NCBI GenBank assembly: GCA_951406725.2
Contig: OX597823.1
Span: 27,094,001 to 27,158,000, forward strand
Origin: Octopus vulgaris
Taxonomy: Eukaryota
Length of the DNA stretch: 64,000 nt
Direction: 5' to 3'
The notes under the pieces are model-generated. The model was given only the letters and a program-made list of their open reading frames with translations. It was not told the DNA's origin and did no database searches. The position numbers and the translations under genes were made by a program. Positions 1 through 13,419 of the stretch are shown piece after piece (positions within the stretch are counted from its first letter, which is position 1; each line of letters begins with the position of its first letter).

Positions 1-71
<71 letters not shown>

Positions 72-110
72 TAAATATATGCGTACATACACGCATATAT
101 GTACATAACT

Positions 111-149
<39 letters not shown>

Positions 150-153
150 TATA

Positions 154-194
<41 letters not shown>

Positions 195-196
195 CT

Positions 197-234
<38 letters not shown>

Positions 235-278
235 TTATATATATATAATATGAAATAGAATATATACATATATAGAAT

Positions 279-342
<64 letters not shown>
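1..342. repeat. (TA)n microsatellite, interrupted
   Basis: Direct reading. Confidence 0.95.
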
Positions 343-344
<2 letters not shown>

Positions 345-2820
345 TAGCAGTATAGCTCGGCGGTGCCCGGGATTAAGTTAGGATTATTAAGCTAAAATAA
401 CACCGACGTCAAATTTGAGCGAATTCTGTTGAAATTTGTACACATTTGGCTGAAAATAAGTTGCACACAATTTGATTGGGAAATTCATAAGGAATCGTTT
501 TATCGATTTTCCCACTCATCAATTGTATTTTGCTGGGGGCGGGAGAATTTAAAGCATTAAAAGATCCCATGAGTTCTGAGTAACGCCAGCATCAAGTTTG
601 AACAAAACTGGTAAAAGTTATGGTTGAAAATAGGGTGTAGCCAATTTTAGTGGGAAATTCTACAAGGAATCGGTTTTTTTGATTTTTCATCCTGATTGAA
701 TGGAAAACCCTATAAAGAATCAGTTTATTGATTTTTCACCCCAAATAGGACTTAGCTGAACACAATATTGCTGATTCAAAACATCAATATTTATACTTTA
801 AAGTTGGGTTTCATACCCAACACAGTTATGCAGAATCGTTGTCACAACTGGAACGCATGGGTTGGGAGTTTGACAAGCAGAGGTGCTCAGGTTGCACATG
901 CCGGCCCTTTCGAACCCTACCCCTATCATCCCCTTGGACTATGGGTTGGGAGCCCTTCCGGCAAGGAAAATAGAATGCTCAAAAAGGCTCCCGATCCTCT
1001 GTGTCAGGAGAGGTTATGTTCGGATCATAACTAAGCCTTAACCTAAGCCTAAGCTAACCTAGCGAAAGGGGGCGCGGGAGCCTCTAAAAGGCAGCGACTA
1101 ATCCCGATCTATTCCTAACCCCTCTTAGGGTTACTATCAGTCAAGGTTGCATTTAAAATATGCATTAGAGAAGTTTGCATAGAAGATCTGTATTGGAGAA
1201 GGTTGCGTAGTCGGTTTGCATTGGATAAGGATGCATCGAAGGTTTGCATTGGAGATCTGCAGTGAAGAAGGTTGACTCAAAGATTTGGATTGGAATAGTT
1301 TGTATTAGAGATCTGCATTGGAGAAGGTTGATTCGAAGGTTTACATTGGTAATCCGGATTGGAATAACTAAGGAAAACTCACCAACAGCCTTAACCAAAA
1401 AATGAGGGCCCTGGCCCTTCTAGCCTCACTCTATGAGCAACTTGGCCAAGCACTGATATCGGCCGAGTGAGCATTGTTGTTGGAGAAGTCAGCATTGTCC
1501 ATTAAAGAAGAGGAAGAGTCAATGAGTCATGCTGCCATGGTTATAAGAATACGTCTGGCCAATGCTTCCGTATCACCTGTTTATAACCATATCGGCTGTA
1601 GTGATGACCTGTTCTTCTTTCTACGTCTATAAAACTTCGCTATAGAAAACATTGCGTGTTCTGACCAGTGGAGCATACACAATAAGAGCGTTTCTATTCT
1701 CCACACGGGAGCAGGCCACATAAGGTTGCCCTTGTGAAAAGCACGGCTCCCCCAAATGGATGACCGCCACCGATAGTGTTTGGCCTTGGGAATTGTTGAT
1801 GGACATGGCGATCTGCTGATGTTAAACGGCATGTCTGACCCCGTGGGATAAAGGTGCATCCTCGAAATGAAAACAGTTTCCCCCTCCCGTAACCCGTAAC
1901 AATGCTGGCCTCAATTACCAAGCAGGTCCCGTTGCACTGTTTAGGCGGATAAAACGTGTACTCTTTATCCCATTTGAGTTTTATTGAATGATTGTGTAAA
2001 ATTTTCTTAACAATAGGATATATTGTAAGTCTACACACACACACACGCATATACAAACACACACTTGCTGTTGTTGTGATTGATTCGTGAACTCTTTATT
2101 CCATTTGTGTTGCTGTTGTGAGTGGCAGGAGATAAGTTTCAGCGAACTTGAACAGCATGTTCGGAACTCGTTTCTAATGTTGAAATGCCACATATGAAAA
2201 ATGCTTTAAATCACATAGGAAGAAAAACGACTACAGCACTAAGTCATCGATTTGCTTCGATCGCCGAGAAAGCAAAAGTACGTTCAGAAATAAAGAGAAA
2301 TAGATATGTTGTGGATGTAAATAAGAGTCAAATAAAGAATTTAAATGTTAAAACAAACAAAAATTAAGAAACGAAATGTGCTAGTTGGTAATTACATCGT
2401 CATTAGGTTTTTGTTTGCATAAACCAACATTAATTACCTGACATTCAAAATTTCATTTAAAATGAAATATATAGAAAAATTAAATATATACATATGCTAT
2501 ATGTATACTGTATATACATTTCTTTCAGAGCTTGATACGAACGCAAAAAAAGAGATGAACAAAAAAAGCATTATGTCCTTTTCCCGTTAGCTGGGTTCGA
2601 AACGGTGTTCTAGATGTTCAGGTCAGTGGTATTTCCTTTGCCTTGTCAAGGAGCACGGATGTTTATGGCCGTAGGCGCTTGATCTCTGGCCCTCTACGGT
2701 CACAGAGAGTTTAAAGAAAATAAAATTTTGGAAGGGAAACACGCACTGTTACGGACGGTTAGCCTCTCTTTCTGGCTGGACGGCCTCATATATACGGGTA
2801 GCGCCGAGTTGCGAGGAGGC

Positions 2821-2851
<31 letters not shown>

Positions 2852-3924
2852 CGGACAGGGACAGACGCGGTCTGACAGAGACAAACAGGGGCGGAAAGAG
2901 ATACATGGAGCGAGAGACGGACAACTGAACGACTGGCAGGTGATGTAGTGGGATACTGCGCCAGTTTTTTTTTTTTGCTGAAGTTGCAGACGTAAAAGGA
3001 AAGTTGCCGGTAAGTGTTTTTTTATGAAAACTGTTTGAAAAGAAAAGAAGAAAAAGAAAAAGAACTTTGTTGTTAAATGTGTTTCTTTAAAAGAAAAGAA
3101 AGAAAAGAAGAACTGAGTTGTTGACAGTACTTTTAAAAAGAAAGGAAAATAAAAAAAACAAAGAAAGAAGAAAAAGGACTGTGTTGTTAAATGTTTTTTT
3201 GAGAAACGAACTTTGTGATGTTAAATGTTTAAAGAAGAAAAAGGAAAAGAAAAAGAAATTTGTGTTGTTAAATGTTAAATGTTTTCTTAAAGGAACGAAG
3301 GAAAGAAGAAAAAGAACTTTCCAAAGAATTATTGTTGAATGTTTTGTTAAAAAATATTTACTTGACTACGCAACGTTTTGGTGTGGGTTATTTTTGCTGT
3401 TGTTGTTGGCTCTACTAGCTACGTTTCGCTGCTTCACCGTCCGGAGTTGGTTTCTGATTTCCTGAGCAATGTCGCACGCGAGCTTCTCTGGGCCAGCAAA
3501 CTGCGGGCTCTTTGTATGAGGAGCCGTGGTGGCATCGTAGGCTTGCGTGCGGTGTAACAATACTTTTCTTTCAGAGCGCTTCATCTTTGATTTTCTGTAT
3601 AATTAAAACTATAAATATATTTCTTTCAGATCACACGAACTGACATAAAGAATCTTGCAAACTAAATCCATTAACGAAATAGTTTTTCTTTGTTTTTATC
3701 TGTATAGTAGTCGCCATTGCAGGGGACTTAACTCATTTTAGCAAACAATGGATTTCACCAACGTGAAAATTGGGAAAAGTTATGGATGAAAATCGATTTT
3801 TATCGCTATCCGAGGATGTCTCGGGAAAAAATAAGTTGGCAAAACCTAGCTACGATCGTGACGAATGTCCTCTTAAAACTGGAGCGATATGCGTGCTAAT
3901 TTGTGGACGTGCATAATTTACATT

Positions 3925-3971
<47 letters not shown>

Positions 3972-3985
3972 CCTGTCTTATATAT
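343..3985 (-). mobile_element. Non-autonomous Helitron derivative with a decayed PIF1-like helicase fragment (~1700-1960)
   Basis: The minus-strand 3' end is a GC hairpin followed by CTAG-T (plus strand: actagcagtatagctcggcggtgcccggg). The fragment PPKQCNGT..IEASIVTGYGRG matches the helicase at 14886-15527. 1080-1130 resembles 14800-14850, and 3700-3985 resembles 45430-45670. Confidence 0.7.
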
Positions 3986-3997
3986 ATATATATTTAC

Positions 3998-4290
3998 AAC
4001 GGTCTCCCAAATCCACTCACAGGGTTTTGGTCGACCCGAAACTATCGTAGGGGACACTTTCCCAAGGCGCCACACAGTGGGACTTGAACCCGGAACTGTG
4101 TGGCTGGGAAGCAAGCTTCTTAGTATGTGGGTAAATTATTCTGGCTCTTTACGTTCTGAGTTGAAATTCCGTCGGGATTAAATTTGCCATTCACCTTCTT
4201 CGAGATCGACAAAATAAAGTATTGAAGTCAATCGAATCGATCCTATCCTTCTCTTCAGAATTGCTGGTCTTCTGACTAATTTATAAGCAA
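3998..4290. mobile_element. Two decayed SINE fragments (OR-like on -, core-domain SINE on +)
   Basis: Similar to copies at 55572-55975 and 18812-19710. Confidence 0.65.
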
Positions 4291-4602
4291 ATATTCTAAT
4301 GGTGCGGTATAAAGTATAGAAATTGTGCACAGATACTCCAGAATTAACATAAATATTCTATAGGCTTAATGAATAACATAAAATAAATAATATAAGAAAA
4401 ACACTAACAATATATAACGGATAACATTTTATGACAATTTATTGCATTCAGGTGTCTTTATAATTATTTCAAGAAATATGTTTATGAATATATAAATGTT
4501 AGATGGAAAATTAAATAGATTCACAAAAAGGTTTATCTCAATTTCTCTTCAGAATCTTTTTCATCCTTGTACTTTCTATTAGTTTTATTTTATTTTATAT
4601 TT

Positions 4603-4677
4603 TCATTTCTTGCTATCGAATAGAAATAGAAAGCGATAAATAAAAGCCTTCACTAACAAATATTTATTTAATATATT
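4603..4677 (-). CDS. Candidate last coding exon of a secreted-peptide gene (NILNKYLLVKAFIYRFLFLFDSKK*)
   Basis: Acceptor gttgttttag, phase 0 matching the upstream donor, stop TGA, downstream AATAAA motifs. Confidence 0.35.
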   Translation of the reverse strand, partial: NILNKYLLVKAFIYRFLFLFDSKK

Positions 4678-4799
4678 CTAAAACAACGAAGATTTACAAT
4701 AAAAAAGAAACAAAAACAGAATTCAAAATTTAATGTTTACCTTTCACAGTTACAGTTAAACGTTTTTGAATCTTGGGTGTAGTGTATGGCGATTATCTA

Positions 4800-4950
4800 C
4801 AGTAGTAGTAGTAGTGGTGGTGGTGGTGGTTATGGTACTTGTGGTGGAGTGGTTTTGGTGGTGGTGGTGGTGGTGGTAGCATTGGTGGTAGTAGAAGTAG
4901 TGCTAGTAGCAGTAGTTGCAGCAGCAGCAGCGGTAGCGGTAGCAGCTACA
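4800..4950. repeat. Compound (AGT)/(GGT)/(GCA) trinucleotide repeat
   Basis: Direct reading. Confidence 0.9.
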
Positions 4951-4994
4951 GTGATGGAAAGAGGTGAAGTCTCCGATCGACGATGAAAACTTAC

Positions 4995-5158
4995 GAACAG
5001 ATTTCTTATTATTTTCTTCGTGTTCTTCGTTTTGTGAAGATAATTCTGAACAAATCCCTCATCCTGATAATCATTGCGCTTGTGACACTTACTGCTCAGA
5101 GGCCAATACAAGTTCGAAGGACGAGAGAATGTGACTAGCTCTGTGCAAGCTAAAACTA
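4995..5158 (-). CDS. Candidate internal coding exon, 164 nt, phase 1 to 0 (VLACTELVTFSRPSNLYWPLSSKCHKRNDYQDEGFVQNYLHKTKNTKKIIRNLF)
   Basis: Acceptor ctctgttttatag, canonical donor ttc|GTAAGT, open frame in non-repetitive sequence. Three adjacent AGs all keep the frame. Confidence 0.55.
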
Positions 5159-6384
5159 CTATAAAACAGAGCCCTGCTGTCTTGTGGGCTAATTTATCGA
5201 GCGCTTAAAGGCTAAGAGAATAAAACCCTACAGAATAACCGGAGGGTGGGTAGATAAGGTAAATAAGTACAGTTATGATTAAACAATATTTGGTATCCAT
5301 TGCTATTCCAAGGACAATGCGATTGTATTGACTTGTCTTCGTAGCACATTCATGAGTAGAGAAGTGTTATGTGTACTATGTGTACTTTGTACTTGGAGGG
5401 TGGAGAATTCCTTTAGGAGGCAGCCCAGGTATGGCTGACTTGGTTACGTTATTGTAACTACAACGCCATCAATGAACGCCAGAAAAGGTCACGAACCATT
5501 TGCTTTGACAAGTATTTAAACCATTGCCCAGATGTGAGCAAGCAGACCAAACATCAAAGACAATCAAACCACGATTAATCTGTCCTTCCAAATACATTTT
5601 AGAACTAAAGTAACTGTAAAGGTTTTTTGTTTATTTCTTTTAAACGGCTCAGCGTGATTTTGAAAGAAATCCCACTGCTATATCTAGCAAGTTGAGTCAC
5701 CACATAGGGTCTGCAACAAATGACTTTCTTTTGTCCACTAACAAAATAAAAACAAGTGTTTCGAAATGTGACACTGATATTGTTATGTCTCCACTTAATT
5801 CCCACTCAACTCGTCGCCAAAAATATAACTTTAGTTTACCATCACAGGAAACCATAACAAGTATGTTGATGTTTAACTAGACCGATCTCTAGTGCGATAT
5901 CAGTTGTATCAATGAAAACCACTTGTGTCGTTATAATAATAACATAAGCAATGACGTCAGTTGCTGTTCTTATCTCACGTCTCTGTTGGCACAGTTTCCA
6001 GCGCTTTCAGGCATGAATGTTTTAAAGCATTTTACAACACTTTACATTTTCAACTCTCTTTAAGTCAGCCCCAAATCAACTTTGAATTTTATTGCACTCG
6101 CATTATATTAGTGAAGAGTTTTATATGCGACTATATACTTCTCTGTAAATTGAAACACTAGCATTTATATTAAAAATTATTAAAAATAAATTATTTCCAA
6201 TGTAGCCATAAAACCCAAAAGTTTTCAAGGCTGAGAGGTTATTCGATACTAAGGGGCTCACTACATGCTTGGCACATTATTTTATCAGGCTTGGAAGCAT
6301 GAAAGGCAAAGTTGGATTTATACACAGAATGAATGAATGGTAAAGCTGGATTAAAACACAGAACGTACAGAACCAGAAGTCATT

Positions 6385-6406
6385 AATAATGATGATGATG
6401 ATGATG

Positions 6407-6460
<54 letters not shown>

Positions 6461-6479
6461 GTAATAGTAAAAGTAATAA
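6385..6479. repeat. (TGA)/(TAA)n microsatellite
   Basis: Direct reading. Confidence 0.95.
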
Positions 6480-7188
6480 GTATCTCAACAGGCATGATAG
6501 AGCTCCACAATATATTCACTGGGTAATTTGCAAAAGCCTGGACTTGCCCAAGCATAAAAACTGGTGGAAACACAAACCAACTCCAGTGCTTGAAAATGAT
6601 CACATCTCACTCCCCTGGAACATCACCATTCAAACTGACAGAAAGATAGACGCGAATAGGCCAGACATCATAGTAAAAGACGTCAAACAAAAAACATGCC
6701 TCCTCATTGGTATGACTGTCTCAATCGATATAAACGTATCTGTCAAGACCTACCAAAAACTGAGCAAGTATAAAGATCTTGAAATAGAAATGAGTAAAAT
6801 GTGGAACCTGAAGACTAAACCAATACCTGAAGACTAAAACAATACCTGAAGACTAAAACAATGATAGCAAAAGGGGATGATTGCTACCTAACTCAGATAC
6901 CAGGAAATCCCAAAATGGCAGAAATTCAAAGGATAGTGCTCATGGGAACTGCTCATATCATGGGAACTGCTCATGGGAACTGCTCATACTTTCTATGTAA
7001 TCTCAAGTTTTAAAATAAACATAATGTTCGTATGATTTTCTAGGCATTCGCTAGTACAACACTAAGTACACAATCAATTATATGACACCCTAGGCATAAC
7101 ACCAACACGAACTTCCAACTTGTTGTCTCTTGAGGTCTCTGGGTGAAATTTGGAGCCAGCTTGTGCAAGTGTAAAGCAAATGTCAAAC

Positions 7189-7190
<2 letters not shown>
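6480..7190 (+). mobile_element. 5'-truncated R4/Dong-like non-LTR retrotransposon (RLE domain + 3' UTR)
   Basis: RPDIIVKD..CLLI..KLSKYKDL restriction-like endonuclease motif. Flanked by (TAA)n. Confidence 0.85.
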
Positions 7191-7259
<69 letters not shown>

Positions 7260-7659
7260 GTTGTCAGAGATCATGAAGAAAAAAATGCTTTCTAATTGAT
7301 GTATCAATACCGGCAGATGACAACGTGTCTCTAAAAGAAATGGAGAAACTTTCAAAATACAAAGACCTGGAAATGGAGGTAACCAGAATGTGGAATCTAA
7401 AAACAGAAACAATTCCTATCATAGTAGGTGCATTAGACATGATAAAAAAATATTCAGACAAATACATAGCAAAAACACCAGGACTTACAAACACATATAA
7501 CATACAGAAAATTGCACTACTAGGCACTGCACACATCCCACGCAGAACACTTTCCATACAATAACCATCATAGCATCACAACAAATCACAGCACATACCC
7601 AAGGCACACAGAGCTGCGCTCGGTAGTGAAGTGAAAGCACGCTATAAAAAATAAAACTA

Positions 7660-7662
<3 letters not shown>
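7260..7662 (+). mobile_element. 5'-truncated R4/Dong-like 3' fragment
   Basis: EKLSKYKDL..TIPIIVGAL..IQKIALLGTAHI C-terminus. (TAA)n on both sides. Confidence 0.85.
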
Positions 7663-7732
<70 letters not shown>

Positions 7733-7735
<3 letters not shown>

Positions 7736-7990
7736 TCCTATCATAGTAGGTGCATTAGGCATGATAAAAAAATATTCAGACAAATACATAACAAAAACAC
7801 CAGGACTTACAAACACATATAACATACAGAAAATTGCACTACTAGGCACTGCCCACATCCTACGCAGAACACTTTCCATACAATAACCATCAGAGCATCA
7901 CAACAAATCACAGCACATACCCAAGGCACACAGAGCTGCGCTCGGTAGTGAAGTGAGAGCACGCTATAAAAATAAAAATAAAACTACTGA
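7733..7990 (+). mobile_element. Second, shorter 3' fragment of the same Dong-like family
   Basis: Near-identical to 7410-7662. Flanked by (TAA)n. Confidence 0.85.
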
Positions 7991-7994
7991 ATAA

Positions 7995-8026
<32 letters not shown>

Positions 8027-8034
8027 ATAATAAT

Positions 8035-8398
8035 AACAAGAGCACTCAGAGAACGCAAAACTCCGCAAAGGAAACACCAACGTCCTCTTAACAATTACAC
8101 AGAGAGGATTTTTTGAAATGAGAATATCTGAAATAAACTAGATTGCACTCACAAAAGAGAATACTAAAAATGAACCCGACCGCTCTCAAAAATTAAGTAA
8201 AAAGTAGGAAAAATAATCCAGAATCCTTGTCCGGTACCTGATGAATACTAAAATTTAATCAGTTCATGCCAGTCGCGAGGCAAATCATCCCTGAAAGTTT
8301 CATCGGAATCCTTCCAGCGATTCTTGAGATATCTTGTCCACGGATAAACAAACAAACGCGATTGAAAACAATACCTTCACTTTCGCTAAGGCGGAGGA
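8035..8398. mobile_element. Helentron-associated (HINE/DINE-1-like) non-autonomous element
   Basis: Imperfect subterminal inverted repeats ctccgcaaagg / ctaaggcggagg, internal (CAAA)n, ~360 bp long. Confidence 0.5.
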
Positions 8399-8844
8399 AA
8401 TAATAATAACAACAACAACAACAATAATAATAATAATATGGATCATCGAGTGTTTAGATCTGTTTGGAATTGCGAGGAATGTAACGTGTTTCCTGAAGAG
8501 TGGTATGGTGGGATGGAAAACTAAACTGACATCTTATGGACAGGCGTTTGTATTTTTATGTCCCTGTAACTTTGCCGTTTGGCAAAAGAGACCGATTGAA
8601 TAAGTAATAAGCTTAAAAAACATAACTCCTTGGGTTAAGGTGTTTGACTAAAAACACCTGCGAGGCGTTGCACCAGCATGGCCGTAGGCAGATGGATAAA
8701 CAAGTAAAAGAAATTTAAAAGATAAAAGGCACATAAGACTGTGTGTATTTATGCATGCATACATAACGTATATACCTATATATATTCGTATAAACACAAC
8801 CACAGATACATATATAAATACCTATATACATATAGATATATCGC

Positions 8845-8954
8845 GAAGTGTATTTGCCACCTAAATGTGGTGGACCCATGGGGGGGCGATGCTACTGTTG
8901 TTTAGCGGCATCGTCGCCTATGGGTCCGCTACATTTAGGTGGCAAATATACTTC
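8845..8954 (+). ncRNA. 110-nt hairpin, candidate pre-miRNA/hpRNA (or tiny MITE)
   Basis: ~50-bp stem. Six arm differences are G-U pairs on + versus one A-C. Confidence 0.4.
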
Positions 8955-8997
8955 ACTATTCAGTGCTGCTAATGTTTACTTTTCGCTCAGAGATTTA

Positions 8998-9034
<37 letters not shown>

Positions 9035-9039
<5 letters not shown>

Positions 9040-9752
9040 TGATTGAAAAGTAACTCCCTATTTTAAAATACTTATAATTTATTTATTAACTATAATTTTT
9101 AGAAAAAACGAATATGTAAAGAAGGTGTATAGCATGGAATTTTATTTAAAAATTTGATATAGGCATCAGCATTCACCACCAGCTTCTCAAACCACCTGGG
9201 AACCACGTCAACTGATTTCATCAGGAAGTCTTGTAGAATGAAAGACATAACTTCTCGTATTCACTCTTCAAGTTCTTCCAAAGTCATTGGTTTGGTAGAG
9301 AAGACCTCCTCCTTTAACCAAGCCCAAAGAAAATAGTCGCAGGGTGTTAAATCAGGGCTTCTGGGCAGCCAGTCATGCGGACCTTGATGAATTGGAAGAA
9401 CGACCATTTCAAGTATCAGCTACAAATCCTGTAGTCATGAATTTTGCATGGCAATTCTTGATTATCTTTACATCAACTTTCTCTAATGGTCCTCCACCTT
9501 CTTTGCGCTTGAACAACTGATCTCCAAACTTTTTAATGTACAGCTAGCTGGGCACGCTCCTGCACAGTAAAACTTCCAGCCATGTTTGTAGGGCTTCTAA
9601 ATTTCAAACAAAATAATCAATCTAAAAAAAATCCAACATGGAATCAATTCCCATACATTAAAGAAAATACACAACAAATTTGAGAAAAAAATTATAGTTA
9701 ATAAATAAAGTATAAGCATTTTAAAATGGGGAGTTACTATCTAATCGCCCTG
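9035..9752 (-). mobile_element. Internally deleted Tc1/mariner-superfamily element
   Basis: Long imperfect TIRs, TA context, remnant WLPRSPDLTPCDYFLWAWLKEEVF. Sister copy at 57218-57932. Confidence 0.85.
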
Positions 9753-9759
9753 TATATGT

Positions 9760-9910
9760 ATCGTTAAAATTTACAGAAAATCAAACGGCGAAGACTGATG
9801 TATAAACAACAAGCAGGTGTATTACGTTTCGAGCCTACGGTCGAAACGGAACACGAAATAAAGAGAGAAAAAAAAACAGGGAGAATAAAAAATCTTGTTA
9901 GCGATCAATA
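9760..9910 (-). mobile_element. PLE pseudo-LTR remnant with a decayed hammerhead
   Basis: Shares tacgtttcgagcctacg with 29051-29086 and 46034-46069. Confidence 0.55.
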
Positions 9911-9920
9911 ATATATATAA

Positions 9921-10086
<166 letters not shown>

Positions 10087-10185
10087 CATACATATATATA
10101 CTTTGATACTTTGATACTTTGATAGGTTTCGGCCATTATTGGCCCAGGCCATGTCTAACTTAATAGCACCACCTGGTGAAGTCTT

Positions 10186-13100
10186 TCAAGTCAGAACTAT
10201 GGCCCACTCAAGTAGAGAGTTATTGTTTACAGAGACATATCCGGGTGTAGGGGGTTTATCCGGGATTTCTTGAAGGAATCTGTCCAAAGACTTCTTGAAC
10301 CCTATAGGGTCAGCTTCTGTTTTAATGTGTTTTGGTGTAATGTTAAAGAGAGCGGGGCCAATTGAGGTGAAATAATTGTGCCGTATTGTTGTTATGAGAT
10401 GAGAGTGCGATTTTTGTTTTGGGCGGATGGCACGGGGCCCAAGCCTTGGATGTACCCTAAAGGTGATGCCAACATCATTTGGGCAATGCTGATGGAATAT
10501 TTTCCACATCATGCAGATGATGTAGCGCTCACGACGACGTTGGAGAGAATAAAGTTTTAGCTTTTCTAGTCGACCCCAATAGTCGAGGCCTGTCATGCAA
10601 TCTATCTTTTTTGTGATTGCCCTTTGAGGTGCTTCAACTTTTCTTATACCTTGTATTGTGTGGGGAGACCACAGTGGACAACAGTATTCAAGGTGGGGTC
10701 GGGCAAAAGTGGAGAAGAGAAGGATAATGGTGTGGATATCTCTCGACTGGAAAGTTCTGAGAATCCAGGAACACATTCTACGGGCCATGTCAACTTTGGT
10801 GTTTATATGAGTGGCCCAGCTTATGTTGTTGTCCACAATTACTCCCAAGTCTCTGATGTTGTTGGACGCCGCGAGAGTTTCACCTGAAGGAAGGGAGTAT
10901 AGGAGTTTCAGGGCATCCTCTTTTCCAAAGTGGATTAACTCAAATTTATCCTCGTTCAGCAGCATATTGTTTTTTTCTGCCCATTGGATAACAGCCAGTA
11001 GATCTGACTGAAGGCATGTCCGGTCACTCGCCTCATTTATGACCTTCTGTAGCTTGGAATCATCTGCAAAAATTTTTATGTTGCTGTGCTTGATGATGTC
11101 ATTAATGTCATTAATGTAAATGATGAAAAGAAGTGGGCCCAGCACAGTGCCTTGCGGAACGCCACTACTGACTTTGGCTGGGCTTGATTTTACCCCTTCA
11201 ACTACAACATGTTGAGATCTGTCTGTCAGGAAACACTTGATCCATTTCAGTAACTTTCCAGAGACACCAATGTTGGATAGTTTTTTCAATAGGATCTTGT
11301 GATCGACCCTGTCGAAGGCCTTACTGAAATCAAGGTAGATGACATCGGTGTTGGAGCCCTCTCCCAAAGCTCTCAAAATGTCATCAAAGTGATGCAGGAG
11401 CTGCGTTAGGCAGTCCCTTCCATTACGGAACCCATGTTGGTTGGAGATCAGCCGTCTGTTGCTTTCCAGAAATTGGGTTATTCGAGATCTCACCACCCTC
11501 TCAAATACCTTGATGATATGAGAGGTGAGTGAGATCGGACGGTAGTTCACTGCAAGGGACTTGTTTCCCTTTTTGAAAACTGGGACAACAGACTAGGACA
11601 GAAGGTTTTTTGGAATATAGCCAGCATCCAGTGAGTTTCTCCACAGATTAGCAAGGGGAGATGCAAGTTGGTGTCGACACACCTTCAGGACACAAGCAGG
11701 GAACCTATCGGGGCCTACTGCTGAATTGTGTTTTATTTCGTTTATCGCCGCTAAGACATCAGGGGCACTAAACGTTATGTCCGATATAGTGTGTTAGGGG
11801 TTGACATCACTGATACAGCCCAGATCGGCCATATCAGGATTGCTGAAAACAGAGCAGTATTGTTTCTGCAGTATCTCGGCCATGGATTTGGCATTATCTT
11901 GGAGAGTGCCAGTTTCGTCAATTAGAGGGCCAACAGTGGAGACAGTGACCCTGCGTTTCCTCGCAAATGAAAAGAACACTTTGGGGTTGAGTTTGATTTT
12001 TTCAATGGCCCACTTCTCAGCTGATCTTTGGTTATTGATGAGGGTCTTCATGCATTGTTGGAGGTTATATTTTTTGGATTCAAGCAGTGCGATAGCCGTC
12101 GAATGTGTGTGTTGCTGTTGGCAGTACTTTAGTTTGTTAATTTTTTTGTTTGTTCTTTTTATTTTTCTGATAATGGTTTTTCTGTTTTGGCGGATTCTGC
12201 ACTTTTTGTTCACAGGTCTTGGTGGGGAGTGTTTTGCACATATGTCTGTGACGGTGTCTACAAAGATCTGCCAAGATGTTTTATGGTTGGTGGAGATGTG
12301 TGTATGTGTAAAGGACCAGTCAACATGTGATAGCTCGTTCCTGATTGCATCCCAGTTGGCATTATGGAGATCCATGTTGTCAAATGGGTGGGCTGGAGGG
12401 AGGTCACTAGGATTAGCTTTCGGCTGGTGGAATTTCATGTTACAGAGAACCATGTCATGGTCTGAAAGAAGGGTTTTTTCCACTGTAACGTTATGTATAG
12501 TGTTAGTGTGGTTACTAAACACTAGGTCCAAAATGTTCTGATGTCTTGTTGGTGCAAGGACAAGTTGGGACAAGAAAAACTCATTCGTAAAGTCGAAAAG
12601 TGACTCTGCTGCTTCTTTGTCAGTGGTTGAGGCGGGAGTGCTTGGTTTCAAACAGTTTGTAGTCCAGTCAACACAGGGTAGATTGAAGTCTCCCATCATG
12701 AGTATGTTGCTAGAATGGCACTGTTGAATAAAGCACTTAATGCTGTTGAGGCATTCTTTAAAGCACAGTATGGGTGTTTGGGGCGGCCTATAGAGCCCAA
12801 TTACTGTCAGGTCATTGGCTTTGTTGTGCACGGTGACTGATTCACAGTAGCCGTTGGAGAATATACTATTTCCATCTGCCGTAAATGAATCATGCAGGAA
12901 AATGGCAGTTCCACCCTTCCTCCTGCCGATACGATCCGCGCGGATGGTTGTGAAATTCTTCACTCTCACTTCGGCTTCCAAGTGGGAGTTGTCAAGGTGG
13001 GTCTCAGTGAGAATGAAGAAAGGGATGTGGTGTGAATGGTTACCAACCCAGTCTTCAATGAATTGGACCTTCCATTTTTGTGCATTGATGGAAGGGCTGA

Positions 13101-13419
13101 CACCTTGTGCATTGAGTAGGAATGTGGAGGTTAGTGTAGTGGCTGGTTTTGACTGTTGCAGGGGGCTTGGATTTTTTGTGTGTGTTAGTGGCAGCAATGT
13201 GGGGAATTGGTGCACTGGGGTAATAGCATAGGATGGTGTTGAGTGATGGCTAGAATGTTTTTGTGTATCTCTTTTGCCATGTTCAACATGGCTAAAAAGA
13301 ATTTTCCTGCTTAGGGAGCAGTTTTTGGCTGGAGGTGTGGTTGCACTGTTGGATAGGGTTGTAGTTTCCATTTTTGTTGTTGTTGTTTTTGTGTCTTCCT
13401 GAAAAGACTGGACCAGCAT
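10186..13419 (-). pseudogene. LINE ORF2 (AP endonuclease + reverse transcriptase) with two in-frame stops
   Basis: APE motifs LTETHL, YRPP, GDFNLP, SDH. RT motifs NYRPISLTS, YLDFSKAFD, GVPQG, FADD. The two track ORFs share a frame and are separated by TAA (11794-11796) and TAG (11593-11595). Confidence 0.9.

Noticed and set aside
11593-11796. Programmed readthrough in LINE ORF2
   Set aside because: Two different stops, each one transition from Gln. Ordinary decay is simpler.
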